64,000 bases of DNA from Vitrella brassicaformis CCMP3155 (GCA_001179505.1 CDMY01000411.1:1-64000); one strand, 5' to 3'. Numbered from the stretch's first letter, positions 49,748 through 62,493 are shown. Notes: generated by a model from the letters alone, not told the origin. Numbers and translations: made by a program.

Positions 49748-52722
49748 ATGGATCCCTCCTCCTCGCGCAGACAGCCCACGTCGATGGATGACGTGTACGG
49801 CGCCTTTGGTTGCGACGACCCATCGCAGCTGCAGGAGATGTTCGGCACGTTCGATGACAAGGTGCGCTTGTTTGCCTATACATGAAGCTGGCATGGCAGA
49901 TCTGTGCATGAATGCGCTCGGACATGAGTGCATGTGTCCGTATATGTGTTTGGTGTCAACAGCCGCACGAGCAGGCGATGGTGGCGTATTGGCAGCGTGG
50001 CATGGAGAGCGTGGTCAAATACAAGTACGCAGACGACTCTTGAAGACTCATGTCACACCTGGGTGTGTCTTGGTGCTTTTCCCAGGTCCTCTCTGGCAAT
50101 ATCTGCCAAGCAGCTGGTGCAGATGTTCAAACAGCACAGAGAGAAGTTCCCCATCGTGCCACAGGGTAAGCAGACATCTGCAGGCACATGTGTGCATCAG
50201 GGCGCATGCGTATGCCCACCATCCACCGCCAGGCCTACCGGCTCTCTTGGCGCGCCTCTGTCGAGACAAGAGCATCGTACCCATGTCAACCGTCCTGCCC
50301 GAATCGGTTCTCAAACATGCACGACACATTCATTCTTTCATTCATTCATTCATTCATGAGATCGCCATTGATGCGCAATACGTGTATGTGCAGCAGCCCA
50401 AGCACTGGCAGGCGGCAGATGCGGCGCCCCAGCCGTCTTTGATGCGCTCGATCGCTGGTATGCGGACATCTATACACGCAGAGGGGAGGGAGGGAGGGAT
50501 GACGTGCGTACTCTTACCAGGTGTGACGAGTCACGTTGTCTTCGGAGGTCTTGGCGTTATCACCGCTGCTGCTTCATACGTGGTACGCATGGGCACAGGT
50601 GCCATTGACATCTGCACGTATGTATTTTGTACTGTATACTGTTTCATGCGTACAGAGTGGCCATACGAGCCGGGATAGCCGTGTCACGATGGACGAAAGT
50701 GAGCGGATGGTGGTCATCAGTGTGCTTGAGGTATATATGCACGTCGTAATTCATGAGTAGCAGAGAGAGAGATTGGGCACGTACTGTCCATTATGTATGC
50801 GTGTATCTGTCTTGTGCGCAGGAGCTTGCTCAGGCGCTCGAAGCAGACCTACTCGCCTCCACGGTAGGCAACGCGCCCATCCATACGCACAAAAATATGA
50901 TGCGCGTATGTGCTGTGTTGTGTTGTGGCGCACAGGACCGTTGCTGCGAGTGGTCGGACTCTTTGCTGACAGACGGCGAGGGCAAGGCCATCCTGCTGTC
51001 ACGAGACGACATACGCAAGTTCCTCACACACCGTGTATGGATGTCTATGTATACATGAATGTGTCACACACGAGTGGATGTATGTGTATGTGTATGTGTG
51101 TGCACAGGGAGTGGGCAGCGATCGTCAGAACAGCACGTGCACCATGGCCGAGCATGTGGAGATCTTCGTGTGGTACCTCGTCAACTACAAGTATGCACCA
51201 CGCCGCGCCCGTCACGAGTCGCCATCCATACGTGAATGAACGAATGAACGCATGCATGCATGTGGATGAATGCGTACGTTTGCAGGAGCAGCCTTGCTGT
51301 GCGTGTCAGTGCTGGACAGGGAGCCGTCATAGATGTGAGCACATGAAACTTCACAGATGCACGCGCATTTGTGCACAGGTTCTGTGTGTGGTCAGGCTGT
51401 CAAAGTCGCCCTGCACACAAGCTCAGACAAGCACCAAGTGAGCCGACAAAAAAAGAGCCATGAGGGAGGGATGTCATATGACATGTGCACCTTCACTCGT
51501 GCAGACAGCAACACTGTCGCTGAGTGACCACGACCGTGCTCTCCTGATCGAGCGATACGTCGAGGACAAGCTCAAAAAGAGAGAGAAGAACCTGCTCAAC
51601 AAGTATTGCCTTCACAACGATATTATCACATGATCTGCACACAACCGGGCATGTCGCATGTATATGGTTGCATTGTGGGTGTCAGGTGGACTGAGGTGGA
51701 CGCCAACTGCCGCAGGCTGCTCAAATATGACAAGCAGCGTACGCAATGCTTCCATATGTATCTGCTTACACACATGCGGCACGTGCGCGTGTATGAGTGT
51801 CATGCAGTGGCCCTGGTCGAGTTGAAGCGTCGCAACATGATCGCAGCGGAGCTGACCAAAATCAAAAACCAGCTGCTCACCGTACCCCTCCCACACCTCA
51901 CACACATACATACACACACACATACATACATACAATCACATCGCACTTTCGTGGCGCGTGCACATGTGCAGCATTGCACTGCTGTTGCTTGTGTATGTGT
52001 GTATGTGTGCAGGTGTCTCAGTGCATGCTGCAGCGTGATGCAGCCGTGTCACTCAGCACGGTGACGGCCATGCTGGAGACGACCACACAAGCCACAGCAA
52101 GCACCATGTGAGTGACTGCGACGTACGTATGGGTGTCACCATTTAGTCGCCTGTGTGTATATCTGTCTGTTTGCTCCATATTCCAGTGACCGCGATCGCG
52201 TCCTGACTGCCATGGACAACGCTGCAGATGTACAGGTATGCACGTACGTGTCTGTCGATCTGCGCCTTTCACCTGTGTCGACGCCTCACCACACACAGGA
52301 CGATTTGGCTGAGGTGAGTGCGGCTTTCTCGGCAGGCACCGACGCACGGCTCGCAGCTGCTGGGGTGAGTGAGTCAGAGATGCGTGCATGCATGCACACA
52401 TCCATCCATCGTTCCCATGTGTCCGTGTGTGGACGTCCTTGTAGGCGACTGACGATGCGCTCGAGTCACAGTATGCCGAGCTGCTCGCCGAGCTATCCAT
52501 TCAAGACAAAGACAAGGCCGCGCAAAAGCAGGAAGCGCCAGACAACAAGCAGCAGAGGTACGTCTCGTCTATACCATGTATGCCCATGAGCCTGTCTATG
52601 TGTTGAGCAGGGTGGAGCAGCTGTTGAACGACCTGCCAGCAGTCCCAAACGGTCCGCTCCCTTCACCAGACAAAAAAGAGGCGGCACGTGGGGAGGCGGC
52701 TGGTGCTCGTGTGGCCCAGTGA
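49748..52722 (+). CDS. CHMP7-like ESCRT-III (Snf7) protein
   Basis: N-terminal region AYWQRGMES..SAKQLVQMFKQH..LPALLARL; Snf7-like ALVELKRRNMIAAELTKIKNQLLTLQCML and DDALESQYAELLAEL; C-terminal LLNDLPAVP. Confidence 0.65.
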
Positions 52723-52907
52723 CACGCTCTGTGCATGCGGCTTTGTACAGTGAGTGTGCATGCGTGTCAAAGGACACTTGTGTATGATACTCACGGCATC
52801 AATTCCGAAGAATGTACGCAACGAATGGTGAATCATTTTTGTGTCGGCAATCGACGGACGCATGCAAGACAAAGAGGAGAGCGACAACACTACATATATA
52901 TATTCGC

Positions 52908-55814
52908 TCATGCGTCCCTTTTAGCTAGCCCCGGCTCGACCGCGCCTTCTTTTGAGGGCCTGCATGAACAACAGAATAACGAGCAACGGCATCGATAGCA
53001 AATGTGTGTCTGCAGTGCTCTGGAGCCCTGTGCACTTACTGACCCCAGAAGGGTTGAGGATTGGGCATCCACCTGGGCTGTGCCTGCGATGACGCATCCC
53101 TGTCCTCGCGTATGCACGAGCCCATCAGTGTGCTGACGTCCTTGTGCAGAGAGAAGTCGATGCCCTCCGTCCTGACAGAGACACCGACAGGGAGCGCCTT
53201 GCCGTCAGTGAGGCGTGTTGGTTTGCTCTCGCTTACATGATGTCCTTTTGGAGCAGAGCGTGCTTGGTGTTCTTGGGGGGGTGCTCCTGTGCAGCAGAGG
53301 CCAATCAACATATCAAGTCATATGTACACACAAGAATGGCCGTTGGTTTATGGCCCGCCCACCCCCCACGCACCTTTGCCCAGGACCGTATGAGATCATG
53401 CACCACAGTGGGTGGCGCATCCGTCTGCAATTGAATGACATCATGACATGACAGACACCCACGTGTGCAATGAATGCCATCTCCCTTGCGCGTGACTCCT
53501 CTCAGCTACCTTGATGGCCTGTGGCTCTCTGTGGAAATGTGACACGCGATACCCGAGATGCAGCAAAGCCGACCTGCTCGTCGCAACCAGCCCATGTTTG
53601 TGACGCGGGCGGGCAATGTGTGAGTTTTCGTCTCTCACTTGAATGCCTTCAGGGGTATAACTTGCAGCTTGATCTTCGCACAGAGGGAAGGCAGATGGTA
53701 GAACAGCGGCAAATCAAACCACTCCTGCAGAACACAGGGAACCACCGGATGGGTGCGTGTATGCTGTCGACCAGTCCGTCGCTCACCTGTTGGACGGCCC
53801 CCAGCATCCCCTTGATGCGTGGCGTCTGCGTCAGGCCATCCAGTGTGTCACTGTCGTCGGCATCGGCAGCCTTGCACACCTCCAGACACAGAGAGACGAA
53901 CTCCTGCTCACACTCAAAACCAAGGGGAGCATTCACCGGCGATCAGGTTTCGCTTCGTCTGGTTTTTGTGATGATTACCTCTTGGTAGAGCGGCCCCATG
54001 TACGCCGGCCCTCCAATCGTGTACCGGCCGCCACACTCGCCACACGTGCCACCTGCACACGAACGATCGACAGGCAGAGAGTCGCACATTGCACGCCTTG
54101 CACTGTCTTTCGCGTGGGTTTCACCGATGTGTGTGGGCATGTGTGGCGCTTTGAAGCGGTCGGGGCCCTGCGGATTCTTGCTGGGGACAGTCTCGCCAAG
54201 AGGCACGACATGAAAGGTGTCACACTGCACACACTGAAAAACCTGGAGAGAGAGATATAGAGAGAGAGAGAGAGACTTACAGCAGCGCATTGTCAGGCTG
54301 ATTTGATCTCACCAGGCCCGTTTCCTTGCAGATGTTCTTCGTCTCGGCAGATGAGTTGCGGATTTGGACGAACACCTGCATACGCAAACATATATAGAGA
54401 CACGTGAATGTCCAGGTTATATGCGCCTGCTTACCCGGACGTAAAAGTCGATGCTGAACGATGCGAGCGGCACGACCGACCGCTTGTACCGCCCAGCACT
54501 CGTGCGAATCGCATGCAGCACCAGCCTGTCATCACAGAGAGTGAGAGGAAGGGCATCCTCTCAATCCATCGGATGGGTCGTCGACAGGACGAGAGTCACC
54601 TGAGTGCCATCTCGTGGACGTATCTGGCCTTGAGTGCCGTGCCGCCATAGCGGGAGAAGGTGACCTCAGGCGTATTGCCCGCCAACACGGGCATGTCGGT
54701 CGACGTCACGCACAACATGCCTGCGCACACGATTCCATAAAGCGAAGGAGGTGTGTGAGGCGGTGGGTGGGGGATCTGACCTCCGTCCTTGACGGCCTGC
54801 ACGGCGGCATCGAGGAAGGGGGATGCCGAGCCGTATGGGTCGATGTCGATGATATCAAGATTGTCGGCACCGTTACCCTTCCCCTGCTGTTGCCCGCGCC
54901 TCTTCCACATGTACATCAGCACCGACGCATCCTCACACTCAACTGAACACAGAAAGCAAAACGAACGGAGTGTATGTCCAAATGTCCGTCTGTTTCCCGC
55001 TTCCTCTCTCCCTTGGCAGGCGGACCGTGCATTTGGTCTGGTGAGATATTGTTGATGTGTCTGTTGTGTCTGATAGTATCGGCAGCCTTTGGGTCGATGT
55101 CGTTCGCAATGACGTGCCGCACACAGTGGGGCAGCTCCAGCAGATAACGGAGGCCCCGCAGTCCACTCGCAGACAGAGGCTCCAGCACCGTCAGCCGGTG
55201 CGACTCGGGCACGTCAACCAGACCACGAAAAGCTGCAGCTGGTGGCTGTGCGCGGCTGCCGTGGGCATCTCCCGTGCCATTGTGCTGCTCTGTGTCCACT
55301 GGCGCTGCAGAGGATTCGTCTTGAGGTGGAACAGCCGGGCTGGCACCGTCTTGGTCTGGCAAGGGCCCATCACTGCCAACAGCTGTCCAAGCAAAACGCA
55401 GACAGAGTGAGACTAATGTTTGTATGTGTTGGTGCGGGCCTGCCTTTCCGTTTGGTGCCTCTGGTCTTTTTGTTGGCCTTGTTAGCCTGCAGCTGCCTCC
55501 ACCTCAGCTGATGGTAGGCTTTGATGCAGATCACAGACAGATCCCTGTTCACCTGCAGACAAATACAGACGACTGACTCACTCATGGTCCACTCAATGAC
55601 TCATTCACTCATTCATTCATTCATTGTGAAGTGATAGTGTCTGCTGTGTGTCTGTGGTCAGATCGTTACTCACCACCTGTGCGGGGTTATAGAAGACCTC
55701 GTTGGCTGCGCTGACCTCCACCTGCGCCTTGCCCTCGTGAATCAGCTTCAGCTTTGGCGAATTGGACGAGCCTGGTGCAGCTGCACCCTGTCCTTCTCCA
55801 CTGCTTTCCGCCAT
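52908..55814 (-). CDS. TRM1: tRNA (guanine26-N2)-dimethyltransferase
   Basis: [71 protein letters not shown], zinc-knuckle [32 protein letters not shown]. Confidence 0.95.
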
Positions 55815-55864
55815 CTGTGATTTCCTCGCGGCCTGCTACCCCTGTGAGCCTCCAGACCCCGCAG

Positions 55865-55890
55865 CCTGAACCCTAACCCTGAAACCCTAA
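55865..55890. promoter_or_regulatory. Telomere-like (A)ACCCT(A/G) motif cluster in the 133-bp TRM1 / RS-gene bidirectional promoter
   Basis: CCTGAACCCTAACCCTGAAACCCTAA lies between ATGs at 55814(-) and 55948(+). Confidence 0.5.
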
Positions 55891-55947
55891 CATCCCACGG
55901 CCATCTTCTGTGCGAAAGCTGTTCAAGCTCGGAAATTGCAGGAACGT

Positions 55948-57678
55948 ATGTCGAAGTTCGTGCTGAAGCAAGGTACAAGTAGATGCTGTTTGGACGCTGG
56001 TATATTCACCTGCACAAGGACATCGAACCTGCATACGAACCTGCACTACAAACTCTGACCGTGTCCGTGCGTGTCCTTTGTATGCAGGTGACGCACCTCG
56101 ACAGCGAAAGGGAGGATTTACTGCTGCCGAGCAAGTACAACAACAACAAAACTCTCTCTCTTCTGCACAGACAAACTTCTGTTACCGTATCAACCTGTCA
56201 GGCGGCTGCACTGTGGCGCCAAGAGCTCGAGGCAAAAGAGAAACTCAAGGAAAAAGCATCATCGCAGCGACCAATCGTAAGCACACGGACGTCGCATATA
56301 CGTGCAGCATGTTCACACCGCTGTCTGTGAGTCACACCCAGGATGACGGGAAGAGGCGTCGGAAGAAGCGGAAGAAGGCCAAGCGGCGAGACGATGACGA
56401 TGGCAGCGACCCCGACAGACGCTCCCGCAAGAAGCGGCACAGGTAGATAGCAGACCCTCCACTGTCACCATTCACTGACAGATGTGCATACGTGTGTGCA
56501 GGTCACTGAGCCCATCATCGTCATCCTCGAGCAGCGGTGAGTCGCCAAAGCGGCGGCGAAGGGACAAGGCGTCACCACCGACGCAAGATGGCGGAGGCGG
56601 GAAGGAGGGAGGCCAGAAGGACCAACCGCAGATAGAGAAGTGGGCAGGTAGGTATGTGTGCAGCACGTGCTCGCAGAATGGACTGGTCCATGTGTGCTTT
56701 CATTTGTTTGTTCAGAGAGCATTCAGCAGCGGAGCCTGCCCGCCAACCCCCTGGCCCGAATGTACCAGGCCACCACAATGAGCCTCGTGCAGCAGCAGCA
56801 ACACATGTAAGTGCATACCAACACAGTGACACGTATACGCGCTTAGGGTACACTTACACATGTGAGTGCAGGAAGAAGCAGGAGCAGCACGCCGAGAAGA
56901 GCCCTCCACGAAAGGTGCACGGCATTCGTGCGCTTACAACCACAGTGGCCCTTACATGCATGCCCGAACCGGTGCATGTGTGCAGGAAAGGGCATCTCGC
57001 CGGTCGTTGTCTCGGTCTCGGTCCCCTTCGCCGTCTCCCCTTCCGCGAGATCCCGTCAACCCGCTCGATGCGGCGTACGACAGGAAGGCCTATCGCAGGC
57101 AAGTGGCAAGTGTGCACCCATCCAGATAAAGATCCGTCTGTATAGCACATGTATGCACGTGTATCTTCACTATGAATGCGCGTAGGCTGAAGCGCGAGAG
57201 GAAGAGGCGCGGATCGCGGTCGCCGAGTGGCGGGAGGCGCGACCCATACTGGGAACACGACAGGTATGCAGCGATACTCGTGTCGAGTGTGCACATGACA
57301 TGACACACGTGGGTGGGTGTAGGTATGTTGAGCGTTCGGAGAGCCCCGAGCGGGAGAGGACGGAGGGGCCGATGTGGGATACCAGGAAGGGATCGTGGGT
57401 CAGCAAGGCAGGGGGCGTGTACATCCCGCCAGCCGATGGCCGTGAAGGTGAAGGCGGCGACGACCAAGAGCCAGCAAGATACATGTGGGCACCGCACGCG
57501 TCACCACGAAAGACGCGCGTACACACATGGACGTCATCATGTGTGTGTGGTTCTCTCGAGCAGCAGGCGAGCCCACCGTCCCCGCGGTCGTTCTCGTTCT
57601 CCCTCTCCCCGTCAGCGTGATAGCCCCGTGTATTCCCCCTACCAGAAACCCATGGAAGAGCCCAAGTCACCCGACTGA
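55948..57678 (+). CDS. Arg/Ser/Lys-rich nuclear protein, possibly splicing-related
   Basis: Exons encode KRRRKKRKKAKRR, RSLSRSRSPSPSP, RDPYWEHD and GSWVSKAGGVYIPP. Confidence 0.55.
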
Positions 57679-58006
57679 CTTCCGTCTGCCTGAGAGTGTC
57701 TGTATGGGCTGTGTCTGTATGTGTGTGGCGGACCTTCTGCCCCGATCGATTGGTGGTGAGGCCGGACGCTCGATCAATCGCATTTCCATACAGAGGGGCA
57801 GAGACGTTAGTTGTTTCCGCCAGACATCCCCATACAAATATCATCAATCGCCACACAGAATCTTCAATGTCAGGCAGCATGCCACTCAGTCAGTCAGGAA
57901 CGGAAAAAAGGCGTCTACACTCACCTCTCCCTCCAGCTGATCGATCAGCGATAGGACGATGGAACAAGGACGTGAAAGGGTCTTTGAATGCCAGCCACTA
58001 CCATCC

Positions 58007-60265
58007 TTAACCTGCTGGTACGCGCCTGTTGCTGCCATAGCGCATGGCCATTTCATGGAGCTCGTTCATGCGGTCCTTGGCGTTGTAATGGTACAACAGA
58101 GGAAGAGGCATGTACTCGTACACGTGCGGCTGCAGACTCTCACGCAGAGTGGCCTCACTTAGATACCTGACATGCGCACAGACAAACGCGTCATGTGTCT
58201 CGGAGACACTGCACGTTTGTGTAGGCTCATGCACATTACCATGGATAGACGCCTTCCAGCGGCACCATCTTCAGAGAAGGAATGTTCATTCTACGGGCCA
58301 TCTGAGACACCGTAACGTCGTCTGTCATGCGGCAATCCTCGTTTGAAAGGTGCATGAACTCCTGCCGAAAGCTGCGGTAGGTGGTCTTGTTAAATCCCTC
58401 CACCATGAGACGGACGAGAGATGAGCTCATGATCCACCCGCCGCCACCGCACACGCCATAGTCGCAGTTGCCCGTCCCACACGCGAAGATGGCAAACAGC
58501 GTCGGGATCGAGGGGTCGTGGTCGGCAAGGAACCGCTGCACGTTGTCGGGCAGCACATATGCGTCGTCATCACAGAACAGCACCCAGCCGAAATAGCCAT
58601 TGGTCTGGCTGATGAGGTTGGCAGCCACTTCGATGCTCCCGGCCGTCACACAAACTTGAGACGTGAAGCTGCTCACTTGTTCTGCAGTGTTGTTCACACG
58701 AGGAATTCTCGCGAACAGGTCAGAAACTGTTGACATATAGGCAGCAAGCCAACAAGCCATGGTTGCGAGCGGGCGGCGCAGAAGAGAAGGCGCCTTTCCT
58801 TCTACTCACTTGTGGTGCACTCCTCTATCACGATCATGTCATCATGCCCGTCACCGTGGCCCTGTCCGACGAATAGAATCAGCTGGTCGGTCCTGTTGTG
58901 GGCGACTGCCGCATAGGTGGACCGAATGAGGGGCACGCGAGTGCTATAGAATCGTGGCGCCGTACGGTGGAGTATCAACACAGGCGGATAGGACGAATGA
59001 CCTGACGAGTCTCCTTGCGCGTCTGAGTTGGATGGAGCGGCCATCTGATGTGCGAGGCCCTCGTGTTTGTCACCTTGGTGCGGCAATAGATTGGCCCTGC
59101 AATGGCAACGACAACTTCAGACCCACGTCTGCGTGCCCGTTTCACCTTTTCTTCTGTTCTGTGATTTGGGACTGCTCGTAAAGGACCGCAAGTAAGCCCA
59201 AAATGTCCCAATCTGCCAAGCATGTCAAGCATGCATTCGTATGACGTGTCTCATCCACATACATTCGTATTACACGTGTACCCGTCAGGAGCAGGTCTCT
59301 CAGCCGCAGCCGCCCTATGAAAGCTATCAGCTCGTCATCGGGTGTAAAACCGTCTGCACGTTGGATCAATAGTGCAGTCACAAAGGCCGAAGGGCAGCGC
59401 TCAAGATAGCCAGCGCCATCTGATACCAGAAGATAGCTCCATTTTCCTTACACACAGAAGAGGGCCTGCACTCACTCACCCTCTGTGACAGCCAAGGAGG
59501 CATTGAGGGCCCTCACATACGTAACAGGGGCCCACGCACTCATCGTTGCTGAAGTTCGGTCCTCCTCCTTCGCCTTTTGGAGATCGACAAGCAGTTCAGA
59601 AACTGCGCGATGTAAGGATGCAATCACTGCACTGGCCGACAAACAATCGTCGACGTGCAACCCGAGGTCAGCATTTCGCACACGTGTGCGAAGCGCACAA
59701 AGCATCCTGCAAAAAGACAAGAAATATTTGAGCTGTGTTTTGCTGCTTAAAGACCTGAAGATGGGCCACGATGTCCTATCAGGTGAGACAGACAACAGCC
59801 AGCCAGCCAGCCAAAGAATGGCGCGATGGTGCATGCCTATCACCTGAAGAGCCCTATAACGCCTACTTCCTGGAACAGTGACCTGAAGACCCCCTTATCG
59901 CCTACTTCCTGGAACAGCGCATCCAACTCCGCAGATAAAAGAAGCATGCCATAAAGAGCGCCCCGATGTGCTTGGGCCAGGACGTACATACAAAGAAGGG
60001 CAGCGAGTTTCCTCTCTCTTGTCTGTCTGTTCGAGTTTTTCTCTGGACTTCGCGACCGCAGTATCTGTGTGCTTTCCCTCATGGCATTTCCCAGCGCCAT
60101 CTTTCTGTATATGTCACCGTCCAAAGTGGTGTTGTGTTTTTCATGTTCGTAAGTGCAGAGAAAGAATGTGCGAGGAAAGATGGTGTGAAGGCTTGAAAGG
60201 AATCGGCTTGAGACGAGAGAAGAGCAGCCTGATCCGACGACGAGAAAAGTAAACGCTGTCCCCAT
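58007..60265 (-). CDS. Gene E: shared N-terminal domain + GT31 Fringe-like glycosyltransferase
   Basis: Hydrophobic start MGTAFTFLVVG. Domain motifs LHTIFPRTFFL, SWPIFRSL, YLERCPSAFVTALL and LLLTDWDILGLLAVL. GT31 motifs ILHRTAPRFYSTRVPLIRSTY, WVLFCDDDAYV, CGGGGWIMS, TDDVTV and LLYHY. Confidence 0.8.
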
Positions 60266-60563
60266 CCCCGAAGAAAAGAAAAAACCTTCTCTCTTTGTTT
60301 TCGACATGCATCTCATTCCACTCGCCTCAGGAGCTTGTGGAATTTACGACGGACAAAAGTGCGCGGTGTACCCTGATGAGTCGTTTTCGTGGCTTCCGAA
60401 TGCTCCCCGCGACGCGGAGACCTTGCGCGAGACGGTTTGAGGAGCTGGGAACTCATCGCTAGTGCCAGTTGCAAGGCATGATTGGGTCCTGTTGCAGCGC
60501 GAACGAGTGTGGCTAGGGTCGGTCGCAAAAGTTGTGGTGGCGGTTAAGTCAACGCGAGCGAAT

Positions 60564-62493
60564 ATGGAGCGTGTAGGATTATTCTTCTGTATCCTCACTG
60601 TTTTCCTTCCTTTCCTCTCCGCGCTGGACAGCCATTTCAGTCCGCGGGACGAACTCCGTCAGCTGTACCCGCCGTTCTACACTCGTGGAAATCACAGCTC
60701 TTCCGAGCTGCTCGCGTCAGCCCTTGGCAAGACCACAACGGGCGCCGAAGAGGCGGTCAGATGGCTGACATCCGGCAACGCATCTTCCCCACTGGCGATA
60801 GGCACGTTTGCGTCGTTCCTGCTGCACGCCCTGCACGCCTTGGCAGAGCCAGACAACGGTGACAGCGCCCGTCGAGTCCTGCGGGCCATTGATCTGATGC
60901 GCTCCGGTCTGCCTTTGGAAGCGCTGCTGACATCCGAATGGCCGATTTTCAGCATACTGGTGCATTTCCGCTCCGTGGTTGATGCGGCTGGCCTTGAGAG
61001 CGATGCGATATGTGAGTCGAATGGCGCCTGGTCATATCCGTGGGATGTTCTAATCGAGGGTTTAGAATCTCTCATCGCAATGGCTCGACGTGAGGGCATC
61101 ACTATTGCCGTGGCGAGCCATGTGCAGATCATCAAGATGGGATTTCATCTATCGATGGCGTCCTCCTCTAAGACCTTAGGTCATATAGTCGAGTCCTGAG
61201 TGACACTTGGACGTTCTTGCCGTGATTTTCAGGTGACATGAGCTCATGTCCTTTAGGCTTCATGGCCGCTTTGACTTTGTGGCTTTTGACAGCAGCATTT
61301 GTCAGCCCGATGCTTGATTTGCCCGACATACTGCAGACGTATAAGTATGGAACATTTGGACATATAGGTGCCCTGTGGAATCATTTGAGGATCGAACAGC
61401 TCATCAGCAAGCGTTGGCGAGTCCTTGAGCTGCTTGAGCTTGTGTCATCACAGTCGCTCGAGAGGGAAGACAGGGAACGCAAGACCAGGAGACAACAGGG
61501 TAAGTGGGACAGAAAACCCTATAGTGCTTCCATTTCCCCTGGTCCCCTGCCGTGCGCTCAGCCATGTCTCCCAAGCGTGCCAACCACTCGAGTGAGGTGA
61601 TTCCGAGACGAGGCCTCTTCATTTCGGTGCTGACGTACAACCGCCCCCATTCCCTCGTGAGGCTGCTAGAATCCCTCTCTAGGTCACACTATCTCGGTCA
61701 TCGTGTGGACCTGCTTATCTCGGTTGACTTGAATCGTGACGGGCTCGTCCACAGCGAGACGCTTCGGGCGGCCAAGTCTTATGAGTGGCCGCACGGCAAG
61801 CTCACAGTGCGGTTGAGGGAGAGGCACTATGGATTGGCTGAGCAGTGGATCCATGCAATTCCCGAAGACAGACTGAAGCAAGACAATGGCACTGTCCTTC
61901 TCATCCTGGAGGACGACATCGAAGTGTCTCCGTTCTTTTTTAAGTGGCTCCTCAAGGCCCACGCAGCGTACGGGACGAGGGAAGATGTGAGTGGATTCAC
62001 TCTGCAACGGGCAATCTTTCGAGGCGACCAGCGACGCTATCATGGGAAGCACGTGAGTGTGCATCAAGGTGTCTTTCTTTATCCGCTTGTTGGGACCATC
62101 GGATACAGCGCGTTGCCAGTGGCGTGGCAGCGATTCGTTCGATGGTACGCTTCGCTTCGGGTAGACGGTCGCTCTGCACCGCTGGTGCCTCACATCATCG
62201 CTACGCACTACCTTCTTTCCCTCTCTCAACGCAATACCTCGATTTTGACATCATCCTCTTCGTGGGGCTCAACAGAATCTGCTCTCGATTACTTCAATCA
62301 CATTCATGGCCTCTACTGTGTCTACGGTAATGCGCCGGACTACATGACTCTTGCTGCGCACCACCACGAGCCAGGAGAGCACTTCTCGTCCAGAAAGATG
62401 GATGCGCTTCCTCTGCCTAAGTGGCAAGACGAATGGTTCGTTTTTCCTGACCCGCCGGTCGTACTTGGCACCGATGGCGAACCGATCCAGTGA
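60564..62493 (+). CDS. Gene C: shared N-terminal domain + GT2-like (GT-A) glycosyltransferase
   Basis: Same signal peptide as gene B; introns at ~61179-61232 and 61500-61561. Motifs VLTYNRPHSLVRLLESL, WPHG, GLAEQW and LILEDDIEVSPFFFKWL. Confidence 0.85.
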
